A DNA stretch of 63,040 bases, filler included, from Blastocystis sp. subtype 4 (taxonomy: Eukaryota), in NCBI RefSeq assembly GCF_000743755.1. It is 29 parts of 29 records of this genome, joined end to end, with 100 filler letters (N's around TTAATTAATTAA, not from the genome) between each part and the next. Parts side by side here need not be neighbours in the genome. Positions count along the whole stretch, not along the records: positions 34,898 to 36,905 come from NW_014568817.1; positions 37,006 to 38,965 come from NW_014568816.1; positions 39,066 to 41,056 come from NW_014568815.1; positions 41,157 to 43,108 come from NW_014568814.1; positions 43,209 to 45,140 come from NW_014568813.1; positions 45,241 to 47,169 come from NW_014568812.1; positions 47,270 to 49,180 come from NW_014568811.1; 22 more parts are not named here. One strand, 5' to 3'. A model generated the notes under the pieces. It saw only the letters and a list, made by a program, of their open reading frames with translations, did no database searches and was not told the DNA's origin. Made by a program: the position numbers and the translations under genes. Every line of letters begins with the position of its first letter. The stretch's first letter is position 1. Positions 36,813 through 49,280 of the stretch are shown piece by piece.

Positions 36813-37504
36813 TCCCAATAGAATTTCACTTTGATTGTTTTGTATGTTCTTCCATGTGTATTTGATCCTGCTATACGATCATGTTGATTCAATACCTTCT
36901 TCACANNNNNNNNNNNNNNNNNNNNNNNNNNNNNNNNNNNNNNNNNNNNTTAATTAATTAANNNNNNNNNNNNNNNNNNNNNNNNNNNNNNNNNNNNNNN
37001 NNNNNTGAGTGTGTTGATATGAATAGGAGGTGTTGATAGAGTGTATGGATGGTGTATCAGATTGAATGATGAAAACAAGATATGTTGAATGAGAGATTAT
37101 CAGAAATGACACACAATTCATATTCAAATCATAATGATTCGATATAGAATGAGATGAATTGTGGATAGTTTGAGTTGATGAATAGGAGTACAATTAATCA
37201 TAATGCACTCAATACTTCATCAACAATCCAACAATCACTTCAATCTATCTCCATGTATTCATATTCTATATGAATGATATAGTCATTCACTACCTCATCA
37301 ATCTAATCCACATCATTCTCTCTTATCCACTTATTATCGTATTCATTATTCAATTCTCTTCTTCCATTATGAACAAGGAATTAAATGAATTGATATGAAT
37401 CACCCAATATCCATGATTCAAGAGAATGACTGATAAGATGAGACTGATCTCATTCATTATCAACAAACACAATCCATTTACACATCATACAATCATTTTG
37501 TATA

Positions 37505-38965
37505 TCAACTATCCCTAAGATAATCACTCTTCTGTCGAATGAATCGATCAAGAGAATTAGCATCTTGATTATTATTGATAAATCAATCATACTTGAACTA
37601 TTCAATTCTTTCACATCATAGAAGGAGTCTTCCATCTGTATGCCATCTTCAGTGAGTGATGGAATATCTAATTTATATTCAATCATCAATCATCACTCTC
37701 CAATTGCACTATGCTAATGTAGTAGAAATTGCCTTTTCCTTTGAATGTGGATAGAGAAGGAAGATCTGGTCAATCAATCATCATTATCACTCATACTCTT
37801 CATTATCAATTCATTCGTTTCAATTATATCATAATCACTACACATAGAGTCCGTTTCAACAATAGAATAATCACCACAAAGAGCCCCTAGTTCAAGAGAA
37901 ATAGATTGAAGTTGAATCAGATCTCATTTATCATTCATTCAATCATTCATACTCTCAAATACTATTGAATCACAGCTGGAGAATGCTTCAAATCCCATTT
38001 CAAGAGAAATGAGAGAAGGGAGATTTGAGAGATTGAATGATTTATCTCTTCTTCCCACTTCTCCTTGGACAACTATCGATTCAACAGAACTAGAAATCTG
38101 TTCCATTTGGTTGAGTCTTGATATCCATAACAATGGTGGATGAAGAGACAACAAGTGTTTAGAAGGATTAATATGGCAGCTATTCTTAGTGATATAGTAT
38201 TCAAGAGAATCAGCATCTCAATCATTATCAATCAATCAGTCATACTCCAATTGTTCAATATTCTCACATTCTCGAATGAAATCTTCATTTGAATACAATC
38301 TTGAGTAAGCGATGGAATGTCTAAGTCAAATTCTATCATCAATCATCACTCTCCAGTGTTACTCTGCCAATATAATTGAAATTGTATTCAAATCCAGTTA
38401 ATAGAGAGAGTGAAGGGAGATCTGATCAATCAATCATTATTACTCATACTCTTCATTATCAATTCATTTGATTCAGTTATATCATAATTACCAGAAAGAC
38501 TCTTATCTCCAAGAATGATGGATTGAAGTTGAATCAGATCTCATTGATCATTCATTCAATCATTCATACTCTCAAATACTATCCCATGACAATACTCGAT
38601 TACATAACTATCCAGTTGAATAGATATCAGAGAAGGAAGATTCTTACATTCAAATGATCTATACCATTGGAGTGAAGCTTCTCCAATGTGAATGTCACTT
38701 AGTCGATCACAATTCATTATCAAACAATCCATTCCTTCTTTATTGAGACTAACGTAATCGAAGCTATACTTTCCAATGCTGATAGTCTCTAATTCATTCA
38801 ATCCATCAATCACAAATCGACTCACTTTCTTCAAACAACGATTTCCTATGTCAATTCGTTTCAATGATATCAATGAATAGTTCAGTATCAATGATGATAT
38901 ATCAGGATTGAAATGATCATCAATAATCAGAGATTCAATACAACTAGTAACAATCAATTCACAAT
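37505..38965 (-). CDS. LRR family protein, multi-exon (5' truncated)
   Basis: LKRIDIGNRCL...IDGLNELETISIG...KNLPSLISIQLD; conserved phase-1 micro-introns. Confidence 0.8.
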
Positions 38966-39065
38966 NNNNNNNNNNNNNNNNNNNNNNNNNNNNNNNNNNN
39001 NNNNNNNNNTTAATTAATTAANNNNNNNNNNNNNNNNNNNNNNNNNNNNNNNNNNNNNNNNNNNN

Positions 39066-39565
39066 AGATAAACATGTGTTTCTACACAAATCGACATCGT
39101 GTGAAGTGGATGATTCTCTGTGATATTGATGAGTATGTGTACAGTATGACATATCCCTTCAATCCAATTGGCTGTCAACTACTATGATCAATTGGGTATT
39201 ATTGCTTTTATTGTAAGTATTGGTTTCTTTCTTTGATCTAGATTCCATCTCAATATCATGTAGATGAGAATCTCACAACTCTGTATCGTAATGAATACTT
39301 CTCAAATGGAACTCAGTTTGAAGCATATCCTTATCGATTATCAATCAATGAAACAGGAAGAACGAAGATAGCTGTCAAAGATAGTTTCAATGGTCTTCTT
39401 CGAAATCATGATTACATTCCTTCAAGGAATAGAACAATGGCTTCTGAGGATGTGATTCGAATTGCTCATTTCAGACGATATAAGGTCAATGGACATCCTG
39501 TTTACAACAACTATTCATTCATCTTTACAAAGCCACTTCAGATGGTAATTCAACTTCTTCATTGA
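39066..39565 (+). CDS. Glycosyltransferase GT92/GT2-like, 3' part (possibly a pseudogene)
   Basis: INMCFYTNRHRVKWMILCDIDEYVY (DxDE motif) ... VIRIAHFR ... QLLH*. Confidence 0.6.
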
Positions 39566-40287
39566 ATGCTATTCATACTCTCTTACAATGGATAGTATAC
39601 TGTTTCTTTGTTTACTTGATATACACCACACTAGACGATTTGTTGTATTACCACTCCACAAAGTATAGTGAATAGCTTGTGACTAGGACTGTCCAATACT
39701 ATTCAGAGACTTATAAGCATTTTATTGGATCAACAGTTGTGATTAATCATTAGTCAATGAACTCTATTATTCTCACATCATCATTCATTATTTCAATCTA
39801 GCTAGTCGATTCGAGTATTCATTCCACCAAGATGGTTTTTTCCTTCATAATAATTTCAAGCAGTCTGTTTGCTATCTGACCTAATCCAAATCCTAATCCA
39901 ATACTCTGATTGAGTTTTCTGATTGAACTAATATCAGTTGCGATTAATGATTCTTCATATTGAAGACCATTTCTGAACAGGAATAGAGAATGAATACTTG
40001 AGACTACTACGAAACAGAAGAACAGTCATTGTTGTTTTAAATCCTGTTTGATTGCAGATGATGAGATATCAGATGATAAACTATGTGAATGGTCATTAGT
40101 CGATAATATTCATTTTGTTTGCATGCAATTCCTTAGAAACGAAATGAATAGTGCTCTGAAACTAATTGCTTCAAGTTTATAAGTTATTAAAACACTGGAG
40201 ATGGATAAAGAGAATTACTAATTAGTATCTCAGAAACATTATTAGTAATAAAATAATAAGAGTTAAGTCATAAAATAATCCATTCTA

Positions 40288-40797
40288 ATGAATTACAATC
40301 TGGACTGTAATTATGAGAGGCCTCATTGTGTCTGTATTGTCAGCGTCTCTAATCAGGAGAAGGACAAACTGAAAGTGTGCATGGACTTTGAAGATGGTGC
40401 AAGAATGAGAATCGATGATATTGAGAGAAGAGAGAAGAGATATGTCGTTCATTCATTGTTGCTTCATTGTGATATTAAAGAAGCTATTGAGAAGTGTGAT
40501 AATGACATAAATGGAGGTGAAAAAAGAGGACCATCTCTTAAGAAGAAAGTGAATACTCATTTTCCTACTGGAAAACCAGGAGAGAGAAGCTATTGTTTGA
40601 CTTATGACTTCAAGATTACTACAATGGATGGTATCATGAAGATCTGCAAAATGATCGATGAATTCTTCGAGGATGAGATTTCAACAGCAGTTTCTAAGAC
40701 AATGGTGTTCACTTGTTGTCAAACTAAGAGCGATAAGTTTATTATCAATGCTGCCAACGAAGTCATTAAGGAACAGTATTATGTCGACCTTAAGTGA
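40288..40797 (+). CDS. Uncharacterised 169-aa Cys/His protein; paralog of 31924-32428
   Basis: Intact intronless ORF; shared motifs and shared downstream repeat C. Confidence 0.7.
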   Translation: MNYNLDCNYERPHCVCIVSVSNQEKDKLKVCMDFEDGARMRIDDIERREKRYVVHSLLLHCDIKEAIEKCDNDINGGEKRGPSLKKKVNTHFPTGKPGERSYCLTYDFKITTMDGIMKICKMIDEFFEDEISTAVSKTMVFTCCQTKSDKFIINAANEVIKEQYYVDLK

Positions 40798-40958
40798 GAA
40801 TGAAGTCTTCTGAATGAATCTGATGAGATCATTCTGATATTGTTTGTTGTTGATACTGATTCTATAGCAAACATGTGCTCTATAACTCTCTTTGTAACCA
40901 CATCGATATCGGCGATTGATAGTGTAACACTAAACGATAACACACAGCCAAATATTAT

Positions 40959-41056
40959 CTTAAGGATGGATTGAAAGTGATGTGAGGATAAGAATGTGTT
41001 GTTGAAAAGGGTTAGTGAAAGAAATGAAAACAAGAACGGTCATATCTAGTGGAAAG
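40959..41056 (+). repeat. Repeat C copy
   Basis: Identical to 32529-32626. Confidence 0.92.
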
Positions 41057-41156
41057 NNNNNNNNNNNNNNNNNNNNNNNNNNNNNNNNNNNNNNNNNNNN
41101 TTAATTAATTAANNNNNNNNNNNNNNNNNNNNNNNNNNNNNNNNNNNNNNNNNNNN

Positions 41157-43108
41157 CACGCTTCTGAGTTCCCACATAGCTTCCCTGACTCGAACACTCA
41201 TACACTGCTGTTTCACCAACATATGTTACAGGGAATACTCCTTCAGCCATACATTCTCCCTTTCGCACCTGAATGGATACTGTTGCTTGTGTAGCCCCTG
41301 ATTCATTCTCAGCATATACCGTGTACGTTACCAACTCTTGTTCTGCAATAGGAGTTCCAGAGATCTCTCCAGTCTGGGCATTCAGACTCAATCCATTAGG
41401 AAGAGTCACTCCAGTATCAATGTACCAACGATCAACTATATTTCTCACTGAAGGAACACCAGTGGTCACAGCTGTTCCCATCACAAATCGATTCTGGGAT
41501 GGTCGGTAACTAGCATTCATTGGAGGCCTCTTGGAGCAGTGGTCCGTCTTGACTTCACCCAACACACCTCCAGAACACTCACGATATGAATAACCTCTGT
41601 AACCCTCAGGACAATACGATGGAGAGATTTGACCTTCACCCACTGAAGGATAGTTGCCAATTCCAGGACACACAGATCCTGAAGCCTTACAATAGGCCAT
41701 ATGAACAGAACCCAGAGTTGTTCCTGTTGAGCCTGTCACAGTCATCTCCCATCGATATCTGTGGAATCCAGCCAGAGCCACAGGAACAGCAATCTGAGGT
41801 TTTGTTCTTTCAGTCACAGTCTGACCAATAGCACTCAGAATCGTCATCTGAATGTTAGTAGTGTCATCAAGATTGTAGTTAGCAATGATATCAAATCCCC
41901 AAGATGTGACTGTGGATCCTCCAACAATATTGAATGAGTTCCATTTGCTTCCTTCCAGATTCTCAACAGTCCATTCAATATAGGTTCCAATCGTATTAGG
42001 AAGATAACCAGTAGTGTAAGGATCAAGATCCATGATTCCATCAAGAGTACCTGAACTGGGATTCGTAGATTCCAGTGAAGAATAAGAATCAACAACAGTA
42101 GAACAATCTTCAACTCCAAATACTCCAGTAGCATCAAACACAACAGGATCAGAAGAAGAACCACTCAAAGGACGATGAATCTCGAAACTGAATACATTAC
42201 TGCCCTCTTGAATTCCAGATGTTGACAGAATCACATGGAACTTCGAGAACACATTAGGATCATGATCAGTGATTGATAGACTTGTCGAATCAAAGTCTTC
42301 AGCCAGATTGAATCGAGCAACCAGATTTCCATTCACATAGGCAGCCACTCCTCCAGAATACTTCACTCGAACATTCAACACTTGATAATCATTCACTCCA
42401 CTCATTGTGAAACTCTTTCGGATATATGTTGTGATTGAAGAAGTGGAAGGAATATCAACAGCCTTGTATGTGTTCCAAGTGGAATCATCGAAACTGACAG
42501 TATTCCAATTACTGGACACATCATCACTCTGTATCACCTTCCAATCTGTGTATTCAATCTGGAAAGGGAAATACGTTGAGAATACAGTGGTCACAATCAC
42601 AGGCTTCACACCAGTATTCGGGACTTCATTCATATCCAACTCCATCTCTCCATAATCAACAGTCAAAGTGTAACCAGAACCAACTTGCCAACCATCTCCA
42701 AATGAATCAGATCCTTCAAATGTGTAGATTCCATTATCCAAACAGAAATCAACATAGTAATAAGCACTTGATACAGGGAACTCGCTTACAGATCTCAAAA
42801 CAGTTCCTGAAGTTCCTCTTCCTTCATACAGTTTCCATGAATTCTCACTAGGTAGACCATCGGCTCTGATACGAACAGTCATCAATCCCTTGCCTCCAGT
42901 ACATACTGAAACTGATAGAGAGATAGTGGCAGTCACATCTCCTCCAGTCATCTTAGTAGCAGTGATGGTGTAGGTTTGAGTAGCACTCTCAGAAGTGGCA
43001 GTACCTGAAATCCAACCAGTGTGAGGATCCAACACAATACCAGCAGGAAGAGAAGGATTGATTCTGAAGTTCATGTAACCATCTCCATTCTCAGGAATCA
43101 CTTCAGAC
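41157..43108 (-). CDS. Surface-protein family member (partial)
   Basis: Open frame across the whole contig with core, Cys and PIG modules. Confidence 0.88.
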
Positions 43109-43208
43109 NNNNNNNNNNNNNNNNNNNNNNNNNNNNNNNNNNNNNNNNNNNNTTAATTAATTAANNNNNNNNNNNNNNNNNNNNNNNNNNNNNNNNNNNN
43201 NNNNNNNN

Positions 43209-43390
43209 TAATACATACAATATTCGAAGGATGCTTCTTTACCAAAACAAGGAGAGTCTCAATTCCACTCTCTGCGTCCTTCTTTATCTCAGGAGCTAAC
43301 CAATTATCCATTGAATAATTTCAAACCCTTTCTCTTCACTTCAGCAGCAAGATCTCGTAAATCTGATTCAATAATACTTGAGAAACTCAT
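43209..43390 (-). CDS. MON2: MON2 (Arf-GEF-like endosome/Golgi protein), 5' end
   Basis: Spliced translation MSFSSIIESDLRDLAAEVKRK|APEIKKDAESGIETL (31-nt intron) matches the MON2 N-terminus SDLRALS.ECKKKFPPVKEAAESGI. Confidence 0.75.
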
Positions 43391-43896
43391 GATCCCTTCT
43401 CTTACTTCAAATATGTCTACTGGGTAAGAAATACAAAAGCTATGGATACTAAAATACGAATGGGATCAATGAAAAGTGAGAAGATATAATAGATCTTGAG
43501 AAAATGAGTGAATTAGTAGAACCACGGGAATAAACGATAATGAAAGAAATCAACAGGAAGAGATAGGACGATACTAGCAGTCGTGAACTCACTCTAGTGG
43601 ACATCAAATTATGTGAAAACGGTAATAGCGATACTTCATAGAATTGATTTTTGAAACTCTTTTGGATTGGTACCGACTGAAAAAATGGATAGCTAAGATA
43701 AATTGGAGTACAGATCATGCAATTACCAATAAGGATCTTCTTTTCGTAGAATTTGACTGTCTGTCATGGAATATGGACAATCTGTTAGTTAGTTTATTTC
43801 CAAATGGTCGAATAAGTGAGTTACTGTTGATTGCCAAAAGTAGATCCTATTTTCGCTCTCTAGTCGAGACTCGTTTTCTTACCAAATACGAAACGA

Positions 43897-45022
43897 ATGT
43901 TATCAAGGCTTACATTAAAGTGTCTTTCGTTCCGTTTTGCAACAAAAACAAAGGGTGTTATTCGAACTTTTGCTGAGACTGCAAAGGAACAGTCTTCAAG
44001 TTCTAATCAGAAACTAATAATCACCCTTGCGATATCAGGACCTCTCTGCTATGGTGTTTATGCCTATGCAACCGATAAGTGGTTCCATGAAATGCTGGAT
44101 GAGAAGTGTCTATATCATATGCCATGGGTGATGAAGATGATGAATAAGTGGTTTCCATGTGTTATTGATTCTCCATATGCAATTCGAGTACTTATTTGAT
44201 GGTATACTAATGATATAGAAATCAAAGATGCCCCTAGAACTGAAAGAGGCACTTGGTGACGCGTTTACAGACATAGATTTGACAAAGGGTATGATCGATA
44301 TATTTTCGTAATGCCTAGAATCTGGAATGACTCGAAATGATGCCGTTGCATTTATGCGTCTTGTAAACTGTTCTCTACGATTATTACTTTTAGTTGTTAG
44401 ATGGTGATGTTCCAGAGGAGTATATTCAACACCTATCAAATGGAGACTATTTGGTATGTATCTGTGCTATCATTGACTATAGAATACATGTATTCACAGT
44501 GTTCATCACCAACACCGTAAGGCTCTTTCTGGACTGGATCGAATAATGAGTATTGATGAATTCATCCTGTTTGCTGAAGCTATTCTTGTTTCTCGTTCTG
44601 ATTCCATTTCAACTCTTTGTGAACAAGTCAAGAATACAAAAGCAGTATATATGGAAAACAACCATTATACCGTAACTCCTATGTCCTCATCAGCAGAAGC
44701 GGATCACTATCTCTATGATTCAGGCGTGAAGTCGTTGTTAATTCCTTTTATTCGTTCTGTCATTCGTTCTCGCTATGGTTTAGATGATGAAGTTGTAAAG
44801 AAGTACAATACAGAACGAGCTGAAAGAGAACAAAAACAACAAAAGAAAAGTGAGTTGGAAAATTCGATTGCTGTAATGCAATGGGATTTGAAGCAGTTGT
44901 ATGAAGAGATTAAGGAAGAAAAGCAAAATAAGAATTTTGATAAGGTTGAAGAGTTGAATCAGCAAGTTGCCGACATGAATCGGCAAATCAAAGAGGCAAA
45001 GAATGAACTATATTATCTGTGA
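43897..45022 (+). CDS. Putative mitochondrion-related-organelle membrane protein (presequence, TM, EF-hand-like region, coiled coil), multi-exon
   Basis: MLSRLTLKCLSFRFATKTKGVIRTFA presequence; TM LIITLAISGPLCYGVYAY; FTDIDLTK|ESGMTRND; C-terminal coiled coil. Confidence 0.65.
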
Positions 45023-45410
45023 TTCGATGAGTTGTTTGTGTTATTCAAATTGAATCTCTTACTCATCACATTTCATTCCCCAACAAACAGGTCATACAAA
45101 GAGATTCACAGAAAACGACAATTTTGGAATATGCAAAGAGNNNNNNNNNNNNNNNNNNNNNNNNNNNNNNNNNNNNNNNNNNNNTTAATTAATTAANNNN
45201 NNNNNNNNNNNNNNNNNNNNNNNNNNNNNNNNNNNNNNNNCATTCTTTGAATGGGTTGATTATCTATGCAATTCTCGTAGTGATGAATATGATACTTTGT
45301 TGACCTATAAGACATGGCGAGATCAATTCCGTGTATTTGTATTCCCTATTGCAGAATAGTTTGGGTTGAATGATTATTGAATAATCCATCTTACTGAAGA
45401 CAATAATATA

Positions 45411-45581
45411 CTCTGAAGATTAACAAGACAATTGTTGTTAATCCCTACTATATTGTCTTGGTCAAAATGAACCTCCATTTTCATCATCTCCCTGTATAAG
45501 CTACCCAGGGTTGGAAGTCCATGCTTGCAACGGTTTGCCTGCTTCCAATTTGTATGTGACATATGTCAATTACCTACTACT
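45411..45581 (-). mobile_element. Polinton/Maverick-like terminus, L-type (copy 5)
   Basis: Ends ...atatgtcaattacctactact; subterminal part matches 27020-27090 (aaaatgga.g.tca.ttt...attaacaacaatt). Confidence 0.75.
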
Positions 45582-45768
45582 TACGTCAACTTCTTTAATT
45601 TTCCTTAACTAGTTACAAAATACTTTATAAGGGGATTCCAAATGGAACAGTGATCATACAGAATTCAATAGCACAGATGATGGGATAAAAACTATTCCCT
45701 CTTTACTGATTTCTTTAAAGCCATAATGAAATAACATCACTATTCATCTTTCATAACAAATACTCTTT

Positions 45769-47169
45769 CTAAACCTTTACTTGTTTTCCAACTATCTTCT
45801 TTGTCATAATATTTGACGTCCCAGACTTAGTGGATTTCTTGCCTCCCTTTATTCCACCAACAGCTTTTGCTTTCGTTCCAGTTCTCACTAGCAGGAACAC
45901 AACAACAACAATAATCACAATCGCCACAACTACTACCAGCACTATCGTTACTATGGGCATACAGATTCCAGATGCTTTTTGCCATTCTCCATCAGTAACA
46001 CCCAACACACAAGCACGCTTCTGTGTACCCACATAACTACCCTGAGAAGCACAGTCATATTCAGCAACTGTTCCCACTTCAGTCACAGGGAACACACCTT
46101 CAGCAATACACTTTCCTTTTCGTACCTGAATTCCAATAGTTGTTTGAGTGGCCCCAGATTGGTTTTCAGCATAGATAGTGTACGCTGTCAACTCCTGAGT
46201 GTTGGTGGGATTACCAGAGATCTCTCCAGTCTGGGAATTGAGAGTCAATCCAGCAGGAAGGAACACTCCAGTATCAATGTACCAACGCTCCACAATGTTT
46301 TTCACTGTTGGAACGTCAGTCTTCACCTCTGTTCCCATTACAAACATGTATTGCGATGCTAGATAGCGAGCATCGGTTGGAGCAATCTGGGTACAATGAT
46401 CCATTTTAACTTCACCCAACACACCTCCAGAACACTCACGATATGAATAACCTCTGTAACCCTCAGGACAAGAAGAAGGAGAGATTTGACCTTCATTCAC
46501 AGAAGGATACCTGCCTTCTCCAGGACATACATCGCCCATAGCCTTACAATATGCCATATGAATCGAACTCAAGGTCATTGTTGAGGAAGCAGTATCAGTC
46601 ATCTCCCATCGATATCTACGGAATCCAGCTAGAGCCACAGGAACAGCAATCCGAGGCTTTGTTCGAGAAGTGATAGTCTGATCAGAAACACTCAGAACTG
46701 TGACTGGTTCATCTAGCTCATCCTCAGGATTGGAACCAATAATGTCAAATCCCCAGGAAGAAACTGTAGTTGTTCCAATCATGTTGAATGAGTTCCATTT
46801 GCTTCCAACAAGATTCTCAACAGTCCATTCAATATAGGTTCCAATCATATTAGGAAGTAGACCAGTAGTATAAGGATCCAGATCCATGATATCAGCAAGA
46901 GTACCAGATGTTGGATTAGTTGAATCAAGAGAAGAATAAGAATCAATAACAGTAGAACAATCTTCAACTCCAAATACTCCAGTAGAATCAAACACAACAG
47001 GATCAGAAGAAGAACCACTCAAACCACGATGAATCTCGAAACTGAATACATTACTGCCCTCCTCAATTCCAGCTGTTGACAGAATCACATGGAACTTCGA
47101 GAATACACTAGCATCATGATCAGTGATTGATAGACTACAGATTTCCATTCACATAGGCAGCCACTCCTC
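45769..47169 (-). CDS. Surface-protein family member, C-terminal part with TM and tail (...KQVKV*); deletion/frameshift near 47140
   Basis: 459-aa ORF; the segment VARFNL..DFDST present in paralogs is missing. Confidence 0.82.
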
Positions 47170-47461
47170 NNNNNNNNNNNNNNNNNNNNNNNNNNNNNNN
47201 NNNNNNNNNNNNNTTAATTAATTAANNNNNNNNNNNNNNNNNNNNNNNNNNNNNNNNNNNNNNNNNNNNACTGATCTCCCAAATCTGATACAAATCGATG
47301 TTGTCGATGTAGAATCCTTTGACCTGATTCATGTCTCTCTTGTTCTGAGGACACACTCTATGAATTGATTGTTTATATCATTGAGTGTTGATTTACTAGT
47401 TTGATCACATCACAAACAGATACAACTGAATAGATGGTTACTAGTACAGATTTGAGGTCTA

Positions 47462-49180
47462 TTACGATGAATGAGAAGGAGTTGGATTATCATAAACTGT
47501 GATATTGGACAGAATGTTAGGAGGATTATATACTACAATATTTGATAACATAGTAGAAGCATTATCAACTGATACGGATGATTTGTTGGTTCGAAGAGTA
47601 TGATTTGACTTAGTTGGATATGAGATTGGAAGCTTCGGAGACCGATTCTTCCGATACAAACGTATATGAGAGTTCTTTCGAATGATAAGAATAACAATGA
47701 GAATGAGAATGATAAGAATAGAAAGAGAGATGAGAATGATAGTGAGAGTGGATAGAGCATTGACAGTAAAGGATAGTTGAGTTTGAATGAATCCCGAATG
47801 ATGACGACTGTGGATGGGGAGGATTCTGAAGGAATACCAGAAATGATTCCAGTTGATTGATTGAGAGAGAGACCAGGAGGAAGAGTTCCTGAAGTGATTG
47901 TGAATACAGGATTGTCTCCTGAAATGATTGGAGAGATTGAGAATGATTGTCCTTTGATGAGAGTGAATGAGAATTGAGAATAATGAAGATTGGATAGAGG
48001 AATAGTGACTAGAATGGAGATTGTGAATTGAGTTGATCCGACTTGATTGGATGCTTGAATGGTGATGTTTGTGAGAGGAATTGAAGATAGAGGAGTTCCA
48101 GATATGATTCCTGTTGATGAATGGATAGATATACCAATAGGAAGAGATCCAGAGATAATGGAGAATGACAGATCATCTCCTTCACAGGTTGGGTTGGTGA
48201 TGAAATAGGTGTTGTTTTGAATGATGAAGATGGTTTGATTGTAGTTGAGAGATGAAGGAATGAGTTGAATAGTGAATGAAAGAGAGAATGATTGATCACT
48301 CACTTGATTGAATGCTTTGATTGTGACTGATCGAGATGATACTGATTGAGAAGGAGATCCAGAGATCATTCCAGTTATTGAATTGAGAGATAGTCCGATA
48401 GGAAGAGATCCAGATGTGATAGAGAATGACAGATCATCTCCTTGACAGGTAGGAATGGTGATGAAATAGGTGTTGCTTGGTATGATGTAGACAGTTTGAT
48501 TATAGTTGAGAGATGAAGGAACACATATACAATGATCTGTGTTTATTTCACCCAACACACCTCCAGAACACTCACGATATGAATAGCCACTGTAACCCTC
48601 AGGACAAGAAGAAAGAGAGATTTGACCTTCACCCACTGAAGGATAGTTGCCAATTGAAGGACACATAGATCCTGTTGGTTTACAATAGGCCATATGAACA
48701 GAACCCAAAGTCGTTGTAGTTGAACCAGTATCAGTAACCTCCCATCGATATCTACGGAATCCAGCCAAAGCCACAGAAACAGAGATCTGAGGCTTTGTAC
48801 GAAAAACCACTCTCTGATCTATAACATTCAAAATAGTCACTTGGATGTTAGTAATGTCATCAAGATTATAATAACCAATAATATCAAAGCCCCAAGAAGA
48901 AACAGTATTAGATCCAACGATGTTGAATGAATTCCATTTGCTTCCTTCCAGATTCTCAACAGTCCATTCAATATACGTTCCAATCGTGTTGGGAAGGAAT
49001 CCAGTGGTACTAGGATCCAGATCCATGATTCCAGCAAGAGTACCTAAAGTGAGAGCAGTAGATTCCAGTGAAGAATAAGAGTCAACAACAGTAGAACAGT
49101 CTTCAACTCCAAATACTCCAGTAGCATCAAACACAACAGCATCAGAAGAAGAACCACTCAAACCACGATGAATCTCGAAA
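47462..49180 (-). CDS. Surface-protein family chimera with three tandem PIG domains, TM and S/T/N-rich tail; frameshift near 47795
   Basis: After DHC the sequence switches to 3x G(S/T)LP.G(L/I)S....TG.ISG.P; the alternate frame gives GFIQTQLSFTVNALSTLTIILISLSILIILILIVILIIRK and joins ORF 47462-47659. Confidence 0.78.
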
Positions 49181-49280
49181 NNNNNNNNNNNNNNNNNNNN
49201 NNNNNNNNNNNNNNNNNNNNNNNNTTAATTAATTAANNNNNNNNNNNNNNNNNNNNNNNNNNNNNNNNNNNNNNNNNNNN

